Below, piece after piece: positions 1-10,141 of a DNA stretch of 64,000 nucleotides (positions are counted from its first letter, which is position 1; every line of letters begins with the position of its first letter). Source of the DNA: Promethearchaeia archaeon. Lineage in GTDB: Archaea > Asgardarchaeota > Lokiarchaeia > Sigyniarchaeales > SOKP01. The stretch spans positions 128,001 through 192,000 of the forward strand of contig JAHQWK010000002.1 of NCBI GenBank assembly GCA_029856145.1. The letters are read 5' to 3'. The notes beneath the pieces were generated by a model that was not told the DNA's origin, ran no database searches, and worked only from the letters and a program-made list of their open reading frames with translations. The translations under genes and the position numbers were made by a program.

Positions 1-4
1 TTAT

Positions 5-2428
5 ATGTTAATGTTAGGTATGGTTTCAATTAGTTCTTTTATGTCAGGTAATGCTTTCAAGTGGTTGCAGACTCTTCCTTTTTCTAAAAAAAGCTTAAAA
101 AAATTAGGTTTAATGACAATTTTTCGCACTTTAGATATCCCTTTAATTATACTCATTGTAGGATTTCCAATAATTACATTTATCGCTACTCAGAATATAA
201 TTACATTTTTAATATCTATACCTGCTTCAATAGTGAGTGTTGTTTTCAGTTTTAGCATTCTTGTTATTGTCGGAGAAAAGATGAGTTATCTTTTTTCAGA
301 ATCAAAAACAAAGTCAAAAAGAGCGACTCTAGTGAGAACTATAACAATGATAGGGTACTTCATTATGATGTTTACTACAGGACTTATTTTTAGTATGGGA
401 ATAAATGCTGTTGAGGGGCTTTTTGATATTTTTAGTGCCACTGAGCCTCCTTTTGTTTTAATACTAATTTTAAGTCTAATTCCTTTCCTATTTGCCCCTG
501 CATTTCTAGTGTCATTACCAACTTTGCAATTTCAAGTACATCCAATTTTAATCCTTACCACTATTACAGGATTTGCATTAAATATTATATTTACATGGGT
601 TTTGTTTAAAACAGCACAAAAAGCTTTACACAGTGCGATTTCAACAGAAATCAAAACTGAAAAGATTGAAGAGAGAGAAATCAAATTTGAAGTATTGTCA
701 ACATCGCCAATTAAAGCGTATATTCGTAAAGATCTAGTCTCATCAACAAGAGATATTCAATCTTTTATGTTTGTATTTTTCCCTCTATTTTATCCATTGA
801 TATTGATTTTTTCAATGATAGGAATGTTCAATGAATTAACTTTTTCAACGGAAGTAATAGTGATAGTATGGTTTGTTCTACTTCTTTTATATGTAATTAT
901 TCCAATAATGCTAGTAGTAGGTTTTTTTAATATTGAGGAATCAGGGAGCTCAACATCGGCGTCTTTACCGATAATTCCACGAGATCAAGCAAAGGCGAAA
1001 TTAATACTTATGTTGTCAATTCAAGGAGCCTCATTGATTATAACTTCGATAATTCTTACAATCTTAATAAATTCCTTTATGATAGTATTATTGCTGCTTG
1101 TATCCCTTCCAATTGCGTGGACGTTTCTAATACTTATGTTTTTAATGAAAATCAAATTATTTGGTCAAATGAAATATAAGTACGTAATTGAGGAAATTGA
1201 TAAGAAAAATAAACCCTTAAAGTGGGTTGCAATGATCTCATCTGAAATTGGATTATTTCTGACAATTTTGATAACTGGAGTTATTTTATTGTTTATGTAT
1301 GACATTGTTATATTATTAATAGTTTTAGGTGCAATAGGTCTCCTTGGATTAGCAATATTGATATTTGCTTTTATCAGGATGTTTCCAAGAATAGAGAGAA
1401 TGTCTTACTATAAAACTGGGGGATTTCTAAGAGAACATCCAAATATTACGACTCTCGTCCTTTTAATATTATATTTCATCTTTCTATATCTTTCAAATTT
1501 TGTAGTATACCTACTATTGCTGTTAAATCCTGGTCTACCATCTATATGGATTAATTTTATAATATTCTTTATAAGCGTCGGTTTTTTAATTCTATTATGG
1601 CAAATCATTGTTCCGTTTGGACTGAAGCTTCCTAATGGCAAACAAGATTTTGTTGAGTACTCTCGATCAATAAGGTTAAGTAATGTCAAGCCACTATGGA
1701 GAAATATTATGATTGGTTTAGGAGCAATAGTAATGTATGGTTTTTCAACAGTACTGATGGGTGAAATCCTTGGTGATTACATTTTTGTCCCAAATCTTTA
1801 TCTTCTAGGATTAAATTGGTTTTTATTTGTTTTAATGCTAATTCCTGGAATTTGGGAAGAGATATCATTTAGAGGAGTAATATTACAATTAGAATTAAAA
1901 AAATATAGTTATACAACAGTAATCCTACTTAATGGGATAATATTTGGCCTATTCCATTTTGTAAATGTTATTTTTGGACAAAATCTTCTATCGACTATTT
2001 ACCAAGTCATATTTGCTGTTTCAATGGGAATTTCTTTTACTTATATGGTCATTAAAACTAAGAGCTTGCTACCTTCCATAATTACTCATTATTTAATTAA
2101 TTCATTAGGGCAAATTTTTCTAACTACAATAATTACAGATGAAGTGAACCGTGCTTTATTCTTAATTTTCGCTGTTGGAGTTCTTCCTATGATTTTAACC
2201 CTTATAATAGTAAAACTACTTGTAAATGATGATCAGAAGCACCTAAAGAGAGTATTTTATGGATTATGGTTTATCGCAGTAGTATTATTATGGTTGCTAT
2301 TTATGATGTTTGATGGTCCAATAGACTTGATTTTATTTAATGGTCCACTCAGTCTTCTTATTATAACGATAATAACAATTATTGTAGGTCCTATTTTGAT
2401 TGAAATATTTATAAAAAAGGATATTTAA
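5..2428 (+). CDS. Multi-pass membrane protein (ABC-2 permease-like N-terminal part) fused to a C-terminal CPBP/Abi (CAAX protease type II) intramembrane metalloprotease domain; probably 5'-truncated by the window edge
   Basis: Many TM segments; CPBP motifs WEEISFRG, FGLFH, HYLIN; frame is open back to the window start. Confidence 0.75.
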   Translation: MLMLGMVSISSFMSGNAFKWLQTLPFSKKSLKKLGLMTIFRTLDIPLIILIVGFPIITFIATQNIITFLISIPASIVSVVFSFSILVIVGEKMSYLFSESKTKSKRATLVRTITMIGYFIMMFTTGLIFSMGINAVEGLFDIFSATEPPFVLILILSLIPFLFAPAFLVSLPTLQFQVHPILILTTITGFALNIIFTWVLFKTAQKALHSAISTEIKTEKIEEREIKFEVLSTSPIKAYIRKDLVSSTRDIQSFMFVFFPLFYPLILIFSMIGMFNELTFSTEVIVIVWFVLLLLYVIIPIMLVVGFFNIEESGSSTSASLPIIPRDQAKAKLILMLSIQGASLIITSIILTILINSFMIVLLLLVSLPIAWTFLILMFLMKIKLFGQMKYKYVIEEIDKKNKPLKWVAMISSEIGLFLTILITGVILLFMYDIVILLIVLGAIGLLGLAILIFAFIRMFPRIERMSYYKTGGFLREHPNITTLVLLILYFIFLYLSNFVVYLLLLLNPGLPSIWINFIIFFISVGFLILLWQIIVPFGLKLPNGKQDFVEYSRSIRLSNVKPLWRNIMIGLGAIVMYGFSTVLMGEILGDYIFVPNLYLLGLNWFLFVLMLIPGIWEEISFRGVILQLELKKYSYTTVILLNGIIFGLFHFVNVIFGQNLLSTIYQVIFAVSMGISFTYMVIKTKSLLPSIITHYLINSLGQIFLTTIITDEVNRALFLIFAVGVLPMILTLIIVKLLVNDDQKHLKRVFYGLWFIAVVLLWLLFMMFDGPIDLILFNGPLSLLIITIITIIVGPILIEIFIKKDI

Positions 2429-2549
2429 AAAAATTAAATATTCTACTTTTTTTTATTATTTATCCTTATAAAAAAAGAATAAAAAAAGAATCCTAATTAG
2501 TTTTTGATTCATTTATTACATGTCCTATACATATTTTTAAGTAGAAAAG

Positions 2550-3416
2550 ATGGCAATCTATAAAATTGGAGGTTTTTTAAGAGAACATGTAAATACGGGA
2601 ATTTTAGTGTTATTGATTCTTTATACTATTTTTCTGTTTTTGCCTATTATTATAATAGATCTTTTAAGACCTCTACTCTTCAATTTACCGATAATATGGT
2701 TTTTATTTATAAGGTTCTTCATAGAAGTAGGATTTTTAATTCTATTATGGCAAATAATAGTTCCTTTGGGTTTAAAGCTTCCAAATGGTAAACAAACATT
2801 TAGGCAACATTCTTTTTCAATTGGTTTAACTAGAGTAAAACCTTTATGGAAAAACTTGATTATTGGAATAGGTAGTTTTATTATACTTGGATTTTCAGCT
2901 TTGTTAATCGGAGAGATATTTGGTAATTATATATTTATTCCAGAAATATTAATTGCTGATTATAATTGGATGATATTATTTGTTTTTATGCTCATACCAG
3001 GTATTTGGGAAGAAATTGCTTTTAGAGGAGTTATATTGAATTTACAAGTGCGAAAATATAGTAAAACTACAGTTATATTACTTAATGGGATATTGTTTGG
3101 TCTATTTCACTTCATTAATATTCTATTTGGACAATCATTTGGCCAAACCCTAATACAAGTGATATCAGGTTCTTGTATAGGGATCTCATTTGCGTATATG
3201 TATATTAAGACAAATAGTTTATTACCAAGTATTATACTGCATTACTTGATCGATGCAGTGGGATCAATATTCCAAACATTCGTTTTTCCAAACAGTGTAA
3301 ATTTAGTTTTATTTAAAATCCTCGGATTTGGAGTTTTTCCCATGATATTAATAGTCTTCTTCGTATTTCTCCTTACCAGAGAAAAAGTTGATTTAATTTC
3401 AAGAAAAGTTAAATAA
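2550..3416 (+). CDS. CPBP family intramembrane glutamic endopeptidase (tandem paralog of the C-terminal domain of the upstream gene)
   Basis: WEEIAFRG, FGLFH, HYLID motifs; collinear with the C-terminal half of 5..2428. Confidence 0.85.
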   Translation: MAIYKIGGFLREHVNTGILVLLILYTIFLFLPIIIIDLLRPLLFNLPIIWFLFIRFFIEVGFLILLWQIIVPLGLKLPNGKQTFRQHSFSIGLTRVKPLWKNLIIGIGSFIILGFSALLIGEIFGNYIFIPEILIADYNWMILFVFMLIPGIWEEIAFRGVILNLQVRKYSKTTVILLNGILFGLFHFINILFGQSFGQTLIQVISGSCIGISFAYMYIKTNSLLPSIILHYLIDAVGSIFQTFVFPNSVNLVLFKILGFGVFPMILIVFFVFLLTREKVDLISRKVK

Positions 3417-3419
3417 GTA

Positions 3420-4727
3420 CTAATTTTTCTTTTTTTTGTCATTTATTATATACCCAACGCATATCTTTAGAGTATTTTCTAATACTCCTTTTTCAATTTT
3501 ATCTGGAGTATCTGTCTCTTGATGGTAAAAGTGGACCATCTTTAATAAACTCAAACCTGTAATAGTACTGGCTTTTATATTTGATTTTGAAAAAGCAGCA
3601 GCATCAGTACCACCCCCCATTAAACCTACAATCTTTTCAAGAAAACTTCCTCCTCCTAAGCTAGCAATCTTTGCTTTAACACCAACTAACTTAGCGGCCT
3701 TAATGAGTTTTTGAACTACTTCTTCACTATGGATAGTTCTAGTTGTGGGTTCTTTATCTGAAAAGGAAATGTTATCTTTACTTTGGATTGCATCTAAATT
3801 TATACATTCTGTATCATATTTTTGTAATTCTTCTAAGTGAGCTTCTACATAACGGTAAGCACCCCTTAAAAAAGCTTCTTCAGATCCAAATGAAATTATT
3901 CTTATTTCTGTGTTTTCAAGTATTATTTCTTTATAATTTTTCAGATATCTTCCAATACCTAATATTACTGCGATTGCACTTAAGTTGTCAACTGCACCAG
4001 GAACCTTGTTTGCTCTTTTGCCTGGAGTTACGAAGAAAAATAAGGTTAATAGCGGTATTGCTCCAATTATTAATAACCAAATTACTAAATTAAAAAAAAT
4101 TTGATATATCAAAGTAAGATCTAGTAAGAATGTGAATATGGAAAGAATTATGAATAATACAGATGCAAAAAACCAAAAAAACAGAATTCCAAGACCCAAA
4201 AAAATAATTACTGCATAACCATACTTTAGATATCTTAGAAGATTAAATTGTAAAGCGCTATCATGATGTCCAGAAAAAATTATGATTTTTTTAATTTCAC
4301 CTTTAGGTTTTATCTTACCTATAACATTTTGAGAGTCCTTTTTCTTAAAAATTGGATCAATAAATTCTTTATAACAAAAAAATTCCTCCCAAGCGATTAA
4401 TAATGCTAAAAATATTAATAATGTTGATAAGATTGATAAAATGTATACCCAATATGAATCTATAAATAATTGGATTAAAAGAAATAAGCTGAATGATAGC
4501 AAACCCATTAATAGGTCTATTCTTATCCAACCTAATGCAGCTCTTGGATGACAAGTAAAAGGTTCAATAGTTACCTCATCACAAGTCTCTTCAAGTTCTT
4601 CTTTTATAATTTCAGCACCTTTAGCCTCTTGAGGACTACATGGCATTCGAGGACCACATTTATCAATTATCTGTTGTATGATATCATACATATAATCAGA
4701 ATCTTCTTTTGAAATTTCAATTTCTAT
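3420..4727 (-). CDS. M28/M20 family Zn metallopeptidase with membrane segments (start ATA 4727 or ATG 4691)
   Basis: GHHDS, GAVDNLSA, GSEEAFLRG, GGGTD, YHQETD motifs; GGTGA SD 6 nt upstream of an in-frame ATA. Confidence 0.8.
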   Translation of the reverse strand: MEIEISKEDSDYMYDIIQQIIDKCGPRMPCSPQEAKGAEIIKEELEETCDEVTIEPFTCHPRAALGWIRIDLLMGLLSFSLFLLIQLFIDSYWVYILSILSTLLIFLALLIAWEEFFCYKEFIDPIFKKKDSQNVIGKIKPKGEIKKIIIFSGHHDSALQFNLLRYLKYGYAVIIFLGLGILFFWFFASVLFIILSIFTFLLDLTLIYQIFFNLVIWLLIIGAIPLLTLFFFVTPGKRANKVPGAVDNLSAIAVILGIGRYLKNYKEIILENTEIRIISFGSEEAFLRGAYRYVEAHLEELQKYDTECINLDAIQSKDNISFSDKEPTTRTIHSEEVVQKLIKAAKLVGVKAKIASLGGGSFLEKIVGLMGGGTDAAAFSKSNIKASTITGLSLLKMVHFYHQETDTPDKIEKGVLENTLKICVGYIINDKKKKN

Positions 4728-4799
4728 TTAACTCACCTTAAGTATAAATTAAATGATAAAAATTTTAAAATCTTAAAAACCTAATCATGAATTAATGAA

Positions 4800-5519
4800 A
4801 TGAAGATGTTGGAAGAACAATATGTTTGCTTGAAATGTGGATATAATGTAATAAATTTTTATCCAGAACTCTGTCCATTTTGCGGAGCACCTAATGATAA
4901 TTTTATTACGGCAGAAGAAGGTACTCGAAAATATAGAATTGTAAGTTCTAAAGTCAATGATAAAATAATTCGTTTGATATCTTATCCAAGCTTAGGTCTT
5001 AAACATTCAGCATATTGTTTAAAAGTTGAAGGTAAAAATATATGGATCGATTGCCCTTCTATTTTTAGTAAAGATTTAGAACCAATGGATAAAATCATTT
5101 TTACCCACAATCATTTCTTGGGAGCGTCTAATTTATATAGAAGTTACTATACAGCATTTATTTGGATCCATAAGAAAGATTCGGAACATCCACTTACTGC
5201 TCATCATCCATTTGATAAAAAATTTGAACAAGAATTTAAAATTATGGGGATTCAAGCTTTTCATATTGATGGCCATACACCAGGATTTACAATTTATATT
5301 TTTGAAAAAACTCTTTTTATTTGTGATTATGTGCTATTAAGAAATCAGAAATTTATATTAAATCCTTATGGTCCATCTAAACCAACTATGGAAGGCGCAA
5401 AAGAATTAAATAATTTTATTAAAAATAAGGATATAAATGAAGTTTGTGGATTTAACTATGTAATGGATTATCAAAAATGGGAAACAAGATTTCTTAAGCT
5501 TATTTCTTACGGATATTAA
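4800..5519 (+). CDS. Rubredoxin-like domain fused to a metallo-beta-lactamase-fold protein
   Basis: CLKCG...CPFCG; THNH, GHTPG motifs. Confidence 0.7.
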   Translation: MKMLEEQYVCLKCGYNVINFYPELCPFCGAPNDNFITAEEGTRKYRIVSSKVNDKIIRLISYPSLGLKHSAYCLKVEGKNIWIDCPSIFSKDLEPMDKIIFTHNHFLGASNLYRSYYTAFIWIHKKDSEHPLTAHHPFDKKFEQEFKIMGIQAFHIDGHTPGFTIYIFEKTLFICDYVLLRNQKFILNPYGPSKPTMEGAKELNNFIKNKDINEVCGFNYVMDYQKWETRFLKLISYGY

Positions 5520-5728
5520 TATTCATTCTAAAGTGTTATATATTTGATTTTTGATTAAAAATTGTTGAAAAAATCAAGAATAGAGTTGGAGAATTCTTAA
5601 GCGTTATTTAATTCTTTTACGTAGACTTTACTTTTTTATATTTTTTCGAAAAAGTAAAATAAAGATCATTAATTATTTTAATAAACTAATCTTAAATTAT
5701 ATTCAAATTATTAAAAAGGGAAGAAAAA

Positions 5729-6523
5729 ATGGTTGTAGTAGGTGATTGGGGCTTTCAAAACAGATTAAATAGAATCATCAAGCCAAAATCTGGACGTTGC
5801 GTTATGTTGGCTATTGATCACGGTTATTTTGGAAATATACCAGGTCAATTAAAATGCTTTACAGATATGAAACCTTTATTTGAATACGCTGATGCATTAA
5901 TGCTTACACGAGGAATGCTGAGGAACTGTGTTCCTGCGGAACTTGATGTGCCCATAGTTTTGAGAGTATCAGCTGGAGCTTCAATGTTAAAGGAGCTTTC
6001 TAATGAAGATATTAATGTAGCTGTGGATGATGCATTGAGACTAAATGTTTCTGCCATTACTTGCTCGATTTTTGTTGGCGGAGAATACGAGAAAAATTCT
6101 TTAATGAATTTGTCCAAGTTAGTCAACTGGGGGCAACAATATGGCATTCCTACTTTAGCTGTTACTGCAGTAGGAAGAGAGATGGTAAGAGATGCACGAT
6201 ATTTGGGGATGGCAAGTAGAATGGCTGCGGAAATGGGCTCTACTTTTGTAAAGACTTATTATTGTGAAAATTTTGAGGAAGTCACAAGTATTTGCCCAGC
6301 ACCAGTAGTAATTGCAGGGGGAAAGAAAATTGAAGAAAGAGATGCATTACAGATGTCAAGGAATGCAATTGATAAAGGAGCTGTCGGTGTTGATATGGGA
6401 AGGAACATCTTTCAAAGTGATTCTCCCCTTGGAATGATTAAAGCAGTTCGAGCTATTGTTCATGATAATATTTCAGTAGATGAAGCCTATGAAATTTATA
6501 AACAAGGCCCTAAAGGCTTGTAA
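5729..6523 (+). CDS. lsrF: LsrF/DhnA-family class I aldolase/thiolase
   Basis: MLAIDHGY, VKTYY Schiff-base Lys, VVIAGG, GVDMGRNIFQS. Confidence 0.85.
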   Translation: MVVVGDWGFQNRLNRIIKPKSGRCVMLAIDHGYFGNIPGQLKCFTDMKPLFEYADALMLTRGMLRNCVPAELDVPIVLRVSAGASMLKELSNEDINVAVDDALRLNVSAITCSIFVGGEYEKNSLMNLSKLVNWGQQYGIPTLAVTAVGREMVRDARYLGMASRMAAEMGSTFVKTYYCENFEEVTSICPAPVVIAGGKKIEERDALQMSRNAIDKGAVGVDMGRNIFQSDSPLGMIKAVRAIVHDNISVDEAYEIYKQGPKGL

Positions 6524-6668
6524 TTATTTTTCTATATACTTTTTTTTATATTAGAACTTAGAGATTGTTAAAGGTCAGTAGGAACTAATTTTCTATTAAA
6601 GTCAACTTATTAAAGATTCATTTATTATCTAATGCAATTGGGTTAATTTATCAACATATAATACTTCG

Positions 6669-7628
6669 ATGTCTCTTCCAAAAATAGATAACCTTGAACT
6701 CAGGAAAGTAACAGAAGATATTTTGCTTGTTCATCAAATAAAACCCCCATATTACTTTTCTTGTTGCGATGGGCTTATTATTCTTCCCAAAAAAGGGAGA
6801 AATTCAAAAACAATTATCTTAGACTTAAACATAGAACCCGACTTAATAGATCAAATTGATTATCTTTATGGTCCAATATCGAACTATGTCTGTACACATG
6901 CACATATGGATCATATGGCTCATATACATAAATGGGAATCTTTAGGTGCTGTAATCCATGCTCCGATTCCAGAACACACATATTTATTGGATCTTTATAA
7001 TTTTTATGAAGGGTTTGGATTCAATAAAGCCATGGATTTTTCAGTTGTAAAGAAGTTTGGTGAATTAAATGGATATCAGAAATGTGATAATATTAGTCCT
7101 TTTAATCCAGGTGATATATTAGAGTTTGAAAATTCTATTATTGAAACGATTCCTTTTCTTGGGCACTCTAAAGCACATATTGGTCTTTTCCTCCCAAAAG
7201 AGAGAATTATTCATATTAGTTGCTTAGGTTTTGATCAACGTAAACCAGGACAAGATGGATTTGGTCCATGGTATGGTTTTGATGAGTGTTCTATAGATCA
7301 ATATTTAAAGGATATCGATCTTGCTGAATCTATTTTTCTTGAAAAAACTGATTTTTTAACTTCAAGCCATTCTTATATCGTAAAAAGTCCTGATATAATT
7401 CCATTTACGTATATACGAGAGAAAATAGCGAAAAACCAAACTATGGTGGATCAAGCAATAATGTCGCTTAATCCATCTAATAAACCTGAAATTACTATTC
7501 ATGATCTCCTTGAATTAGATATATTCTTCCCAAAAAGCAAAATGAAAGGATTTATGTTAGAAATCTATAATTATTGGGAATCTGGAATAATAAGTAAACA
7601 TATAGAAAGGAGTGAATATCTAAAATAA
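6669..7628 (+). CDS. MBL-fold metallo-hydrolase
   Basis: THAHMDH, GHSKAH motifs. Confidence 0.75.
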   Translation: MSLPKIDNLELRKVTEDILLVHQIKPPYYFSCCDGLIILPKKGRNSKTIILDLNIEPDLIDQIDYLYGPISNYVCTHAHMDHMAHIHKWESLGAVIHAPIPEHTYLLDLYNFYEGFGFNKAMDFSVVKKFGELNGYQKCDNISPFNPGDILEFENSIIETIPFLGHSKAHIGLFLPKERIIHISCLGFDQRKPGQDGFGPWYGFDECSIDQYLKDIDLAESIFLEKTDFLTSSHSYIVKSPDIIPFTYIREKIAKNQTMVDQAIMSLNPSNKPEITIHDLLELDIFFPKSKMKGFMLEIYNYWESGIISKHIERSEYLK

Positions 7629-7643
7629 ATTACAAACTCTTTG

Positions 7644-8693
7644 TTATTCTTTGTCTAGTTCCAAAATTACTTTAATAGATTCGCCAGCATCACATACAAC
7701 TTTAAAAGCTTCTTCAGCTTTACTAAGTGGGAATCTGTGAGTGATTAACTCTGTTACATTTATTCGCTTTGAAAGGATCCAATTATATGCTTCATCGAGA
7801 TCCTCCGGAGCAGCGCCATAAGAAGTCATAATAGTAATTTCATTTCTCCAATATTTATTTATAGGGACATTAAGGAAAATCCATGGCTCTGGAACCGCAA
7901 AAAAAATAATTTTACTTCCGGGAGATGTACATTCTAAAGCTTGATTTGCTGCTGATACAGCTCCAGTACATACTATAACAACATCAGCTAATCTATAGTT
8001 GTTGATCTTTTTTATTTCCTCTGGTAAATCTTTACTCGCGTGAAAAATAAAATCAGCTCCCAACTCTTTTGCTTTTTGTAAGCGAAATTCATTGATATCT
8101 GTTGCAATAACCTTTTTTGCCCCCCTTAGTTTTGCTAATTTGATATGTAATAATCCAGATGCACCGCATCCTAAAATTAAGACAGTTAATCCTTTTTTAA
8201 TATTTGCTAAACGTTGTGCACGACACACACACCCAAGGGGTTCGATGAAAACCGCTTCTTCATAAGAGACATTTTTATCTAAAACATATACTCCTTTTTT
8301 TTCAATATTGATTTTTGGGACTCTCACATATTCAGCAAAACCTCCAGGATCAAAATTTGTATTATGAAGTAGATTACAAGCAGTTTGATGCCCTTGCTTA
8401 CAATAATGACACTCAAAACAAGGTACATGGTGCGATACAAATACACGATCTCCTATTCTAAGATGTTTTATAGTATCACTTTTCTCTACTATTTCTCCGG
8501 CAATCTCATGGCCTAAAATTAAAGAATCAACGCCCAACTTTTTCATCTTAGCTTTTCTATAATATTCTAAAATATCTGAGCCACAGATGCCAGACTTTTT
8601 TACCTTAACCAAGAACTCTCCTTCACCAATTATGGGTTTAAGCATTTCATCAGTTCTTATATCATCATTACTATAATATCTAACAACTCTCAT
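7644..8693 (-). CDS. Zn-dependent alcohol/polyol dehydrogenase (L-iditol 2-dehydrogenase-like)
   Basis: GICGSD, LGHE, CFECHYC..C structural Zn site, GCGASG. Confidence 0.85.
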   Translation of the reverse strand: MRVVRYYSNDDIRTDEMLKPIIGEGEFLVKVKKSGICGSDILEYYRKAKMKKLGVDSLILGHEIAGEIVEKSDTIKHLRIGDRVFVSHHVPCFECHYCKQGHQTACNLLHNTNFDPGGFAEYVRVPKINIEKKGVYVLDKNVSYEEAVFIEPLGCVCRAQRLANIKKGLTVLILGCGASGLLHIKLAKLRGAKKVIATDINEFRLQKAKELGADFIFHASKDLPEEIKKINNYRLADVVIVCTGAVSAANQALECTSPGSKIIFFAVPEPWIFLNVPINKYWRNEITIMTSYGAAPEDLDEAYNWILSKRINVTELITHRFPLSKAEEAFKVVCDAGESIKVILELDKE

Positions 8694-8857
8694 TTTTCAA
8701 ATACTCAAAATGAATAATTAAAATATATTTTATGAGTGATTATTTGTAACTTTTAAATTAAATCTATTTTATAGATTTATGTATTAAATGAAGTGAAAAG
8801 CAAATAACAATGCTTAAAGATTAAAGAGAAAAAAGAAAAATAATAAAATTAAATTAA

Positions 8858-9499
8858 TTATTTCGCTTTTCTCCGTCGTAATAGTTTAAAGGCAATATCA
8901 GTTCCCATTCCTCGCTTATATGCTAATTCAATCCAGAGCATTGCCAGAGGTTCAATAAGTCTAGCATTTGTGAGTGGTCCAGCATCGATAACTTCAAAAC
9001 CAAGATCGAGTCCTAATTGTTTCACTTTTGATTTTGCGTCTAAACTATCCCCACAAATAAATAAACTTGCTTGTTGGGAACCAAATTGTAATTTAGTTAA
9101 ACTTTCTACTCCAATAGTATGAACTGCTTTTATTACTTTAGCCCCTACTGCCCATTTTGCGACTTTTTCTGCTGCAGATGGAGTAACTCCTATCAAAGTT
9201 CCTCCCAAATGGGGTGCAGCAGTAGTAGTAGAATCTACAATAATCTTACCATCTAAATCTCCTGCTGCTTTAATTGATTCTTTTGCTCCTGACCATGGAA
9301 CTGCAAGAATGATAATATCACCAAATTTTGCGGCTTCTTCATATGATCCACCACTTGCATTAGATCCGATTGAAATAGCAAACTTTTTAGCTTTCTGAGG
9401 ATCCCGAGAGCCAAACATAATCTGATAACCCTTTTCAGCCCAAATTTTACCTAGAGTACTCCCTAATCTTCCTGTTCCCCCAATTATGCCAATTTTCAT
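8858..9499 (-). CDS. F420H2:NADP+ oxidoreductase family (Fno/NpdG-like)
   Basis: IIGGTGRLG, GSRDP, LAVPW, DAGPL..AR.IEP motifs. Confidence 0.8.
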   Translation of the reverse strand: MKIGIIGGTGRLGSTLGKIWAEKGYQIMFGSRDPQKAKKFAISIGSNASGGSYEEAAKFGDIIILAVPWSGAKESIKAAGDLDGKIIVDSTTTAAPHLGGTLIGVTPSAAEKVAKWAVGAKVIKAVHTIGVESLTKLQFGSQQASLFICGDSLDAKSKVKQLGLDLGFEVIDAGPLTNARLIEPLAMLWIELAYKRGMGTDIAFKLLRRRKAK

Positions 9500-9712
9500 A
9501 AAAATTCACGCCACATGAAATATTTAAAAAATTAGTAAATGAATTTTATATTTAACTACAGTATTTGTTTCACTGAATAAAATATATCTTTAGATATTTA
9601 AATCTTAGTTTGAGGTTTTATTTGCAAATAATCTTTGCCAATTAAATAATTTAAAAAGTAAGCACTCAATTCTGGAAAATGTAGAAAATAAAATTAATAA
9701 AAAAAAGATATA

Positions 9713-9916
9713 TTAGTTGTTTTTGTTAGATTTGCTTCTGATGAGCATTTTAAAGCTTTCTTCATCAAGATCTTTGAACATTTTTAATTCTTTTGTTAAA
9801 AATTCACGCAAGGCATTTCTTATCGCCTCACTTCGAGAAGGATAAACACCCATATCATTTAAAATTTGAATTGCTTGTAAGTATTTCTCTGGTAAGTTTA
9901 TTGTAATAATCTTCAT
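9713..9916 (-). CDS. Ribbon-helix-helix (CopG/Arc/MetJ) transcriptional regulator
   Basis: MKIITINLP...YPSRSEAIRNALREF; likely ATG at 9916. Confidence 0.85.
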   Translation of the reverse strand: MKIITINLPEKYLQAIQILNDMGVYPSRSEAIRNALREFLTKELKMFKDLDEESFKMLIRSKSNKNN

Positions 9917-9930
9917 TTTACACAACCCTT

Positions 9931-9947
9931 TTTACAAAAAATGTAAA
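9931..9947. promoter_or_regulatory. Inverted repeat TTTACA-N5-TGTAAA just upstream of the RHH gene; candidate autoregulatory operator
   Basis: Perfect 6-bp inverted repeat about 15 nt upstream of the start codon. Confidence 0.4.
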
Positions 9948-10141
9948 TTTTTTGTGATTACTCAATTTATACTTTATATATTTAGTCGGATGGTTTATAA
10001 ATGGATTATATTAATCCTTTAATTGTATTAATCGCTTAATCGCTAACGAATATGCTTTTATCAAACATCTATTAAATGCGTAATAGTATTAACGCCCTAA
10101 TATGCATCTTTAAAAATGAAATTGAAAAAGAAAATGAGTAA

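Noticed and set aside
8520-8580. Extra residues in the Zn-dehydrogenase (RKAKMKKLGVDS) as a hidden in-frame intron
   Set aside because: No convincing intron helix flanking a 4-bp central helix.
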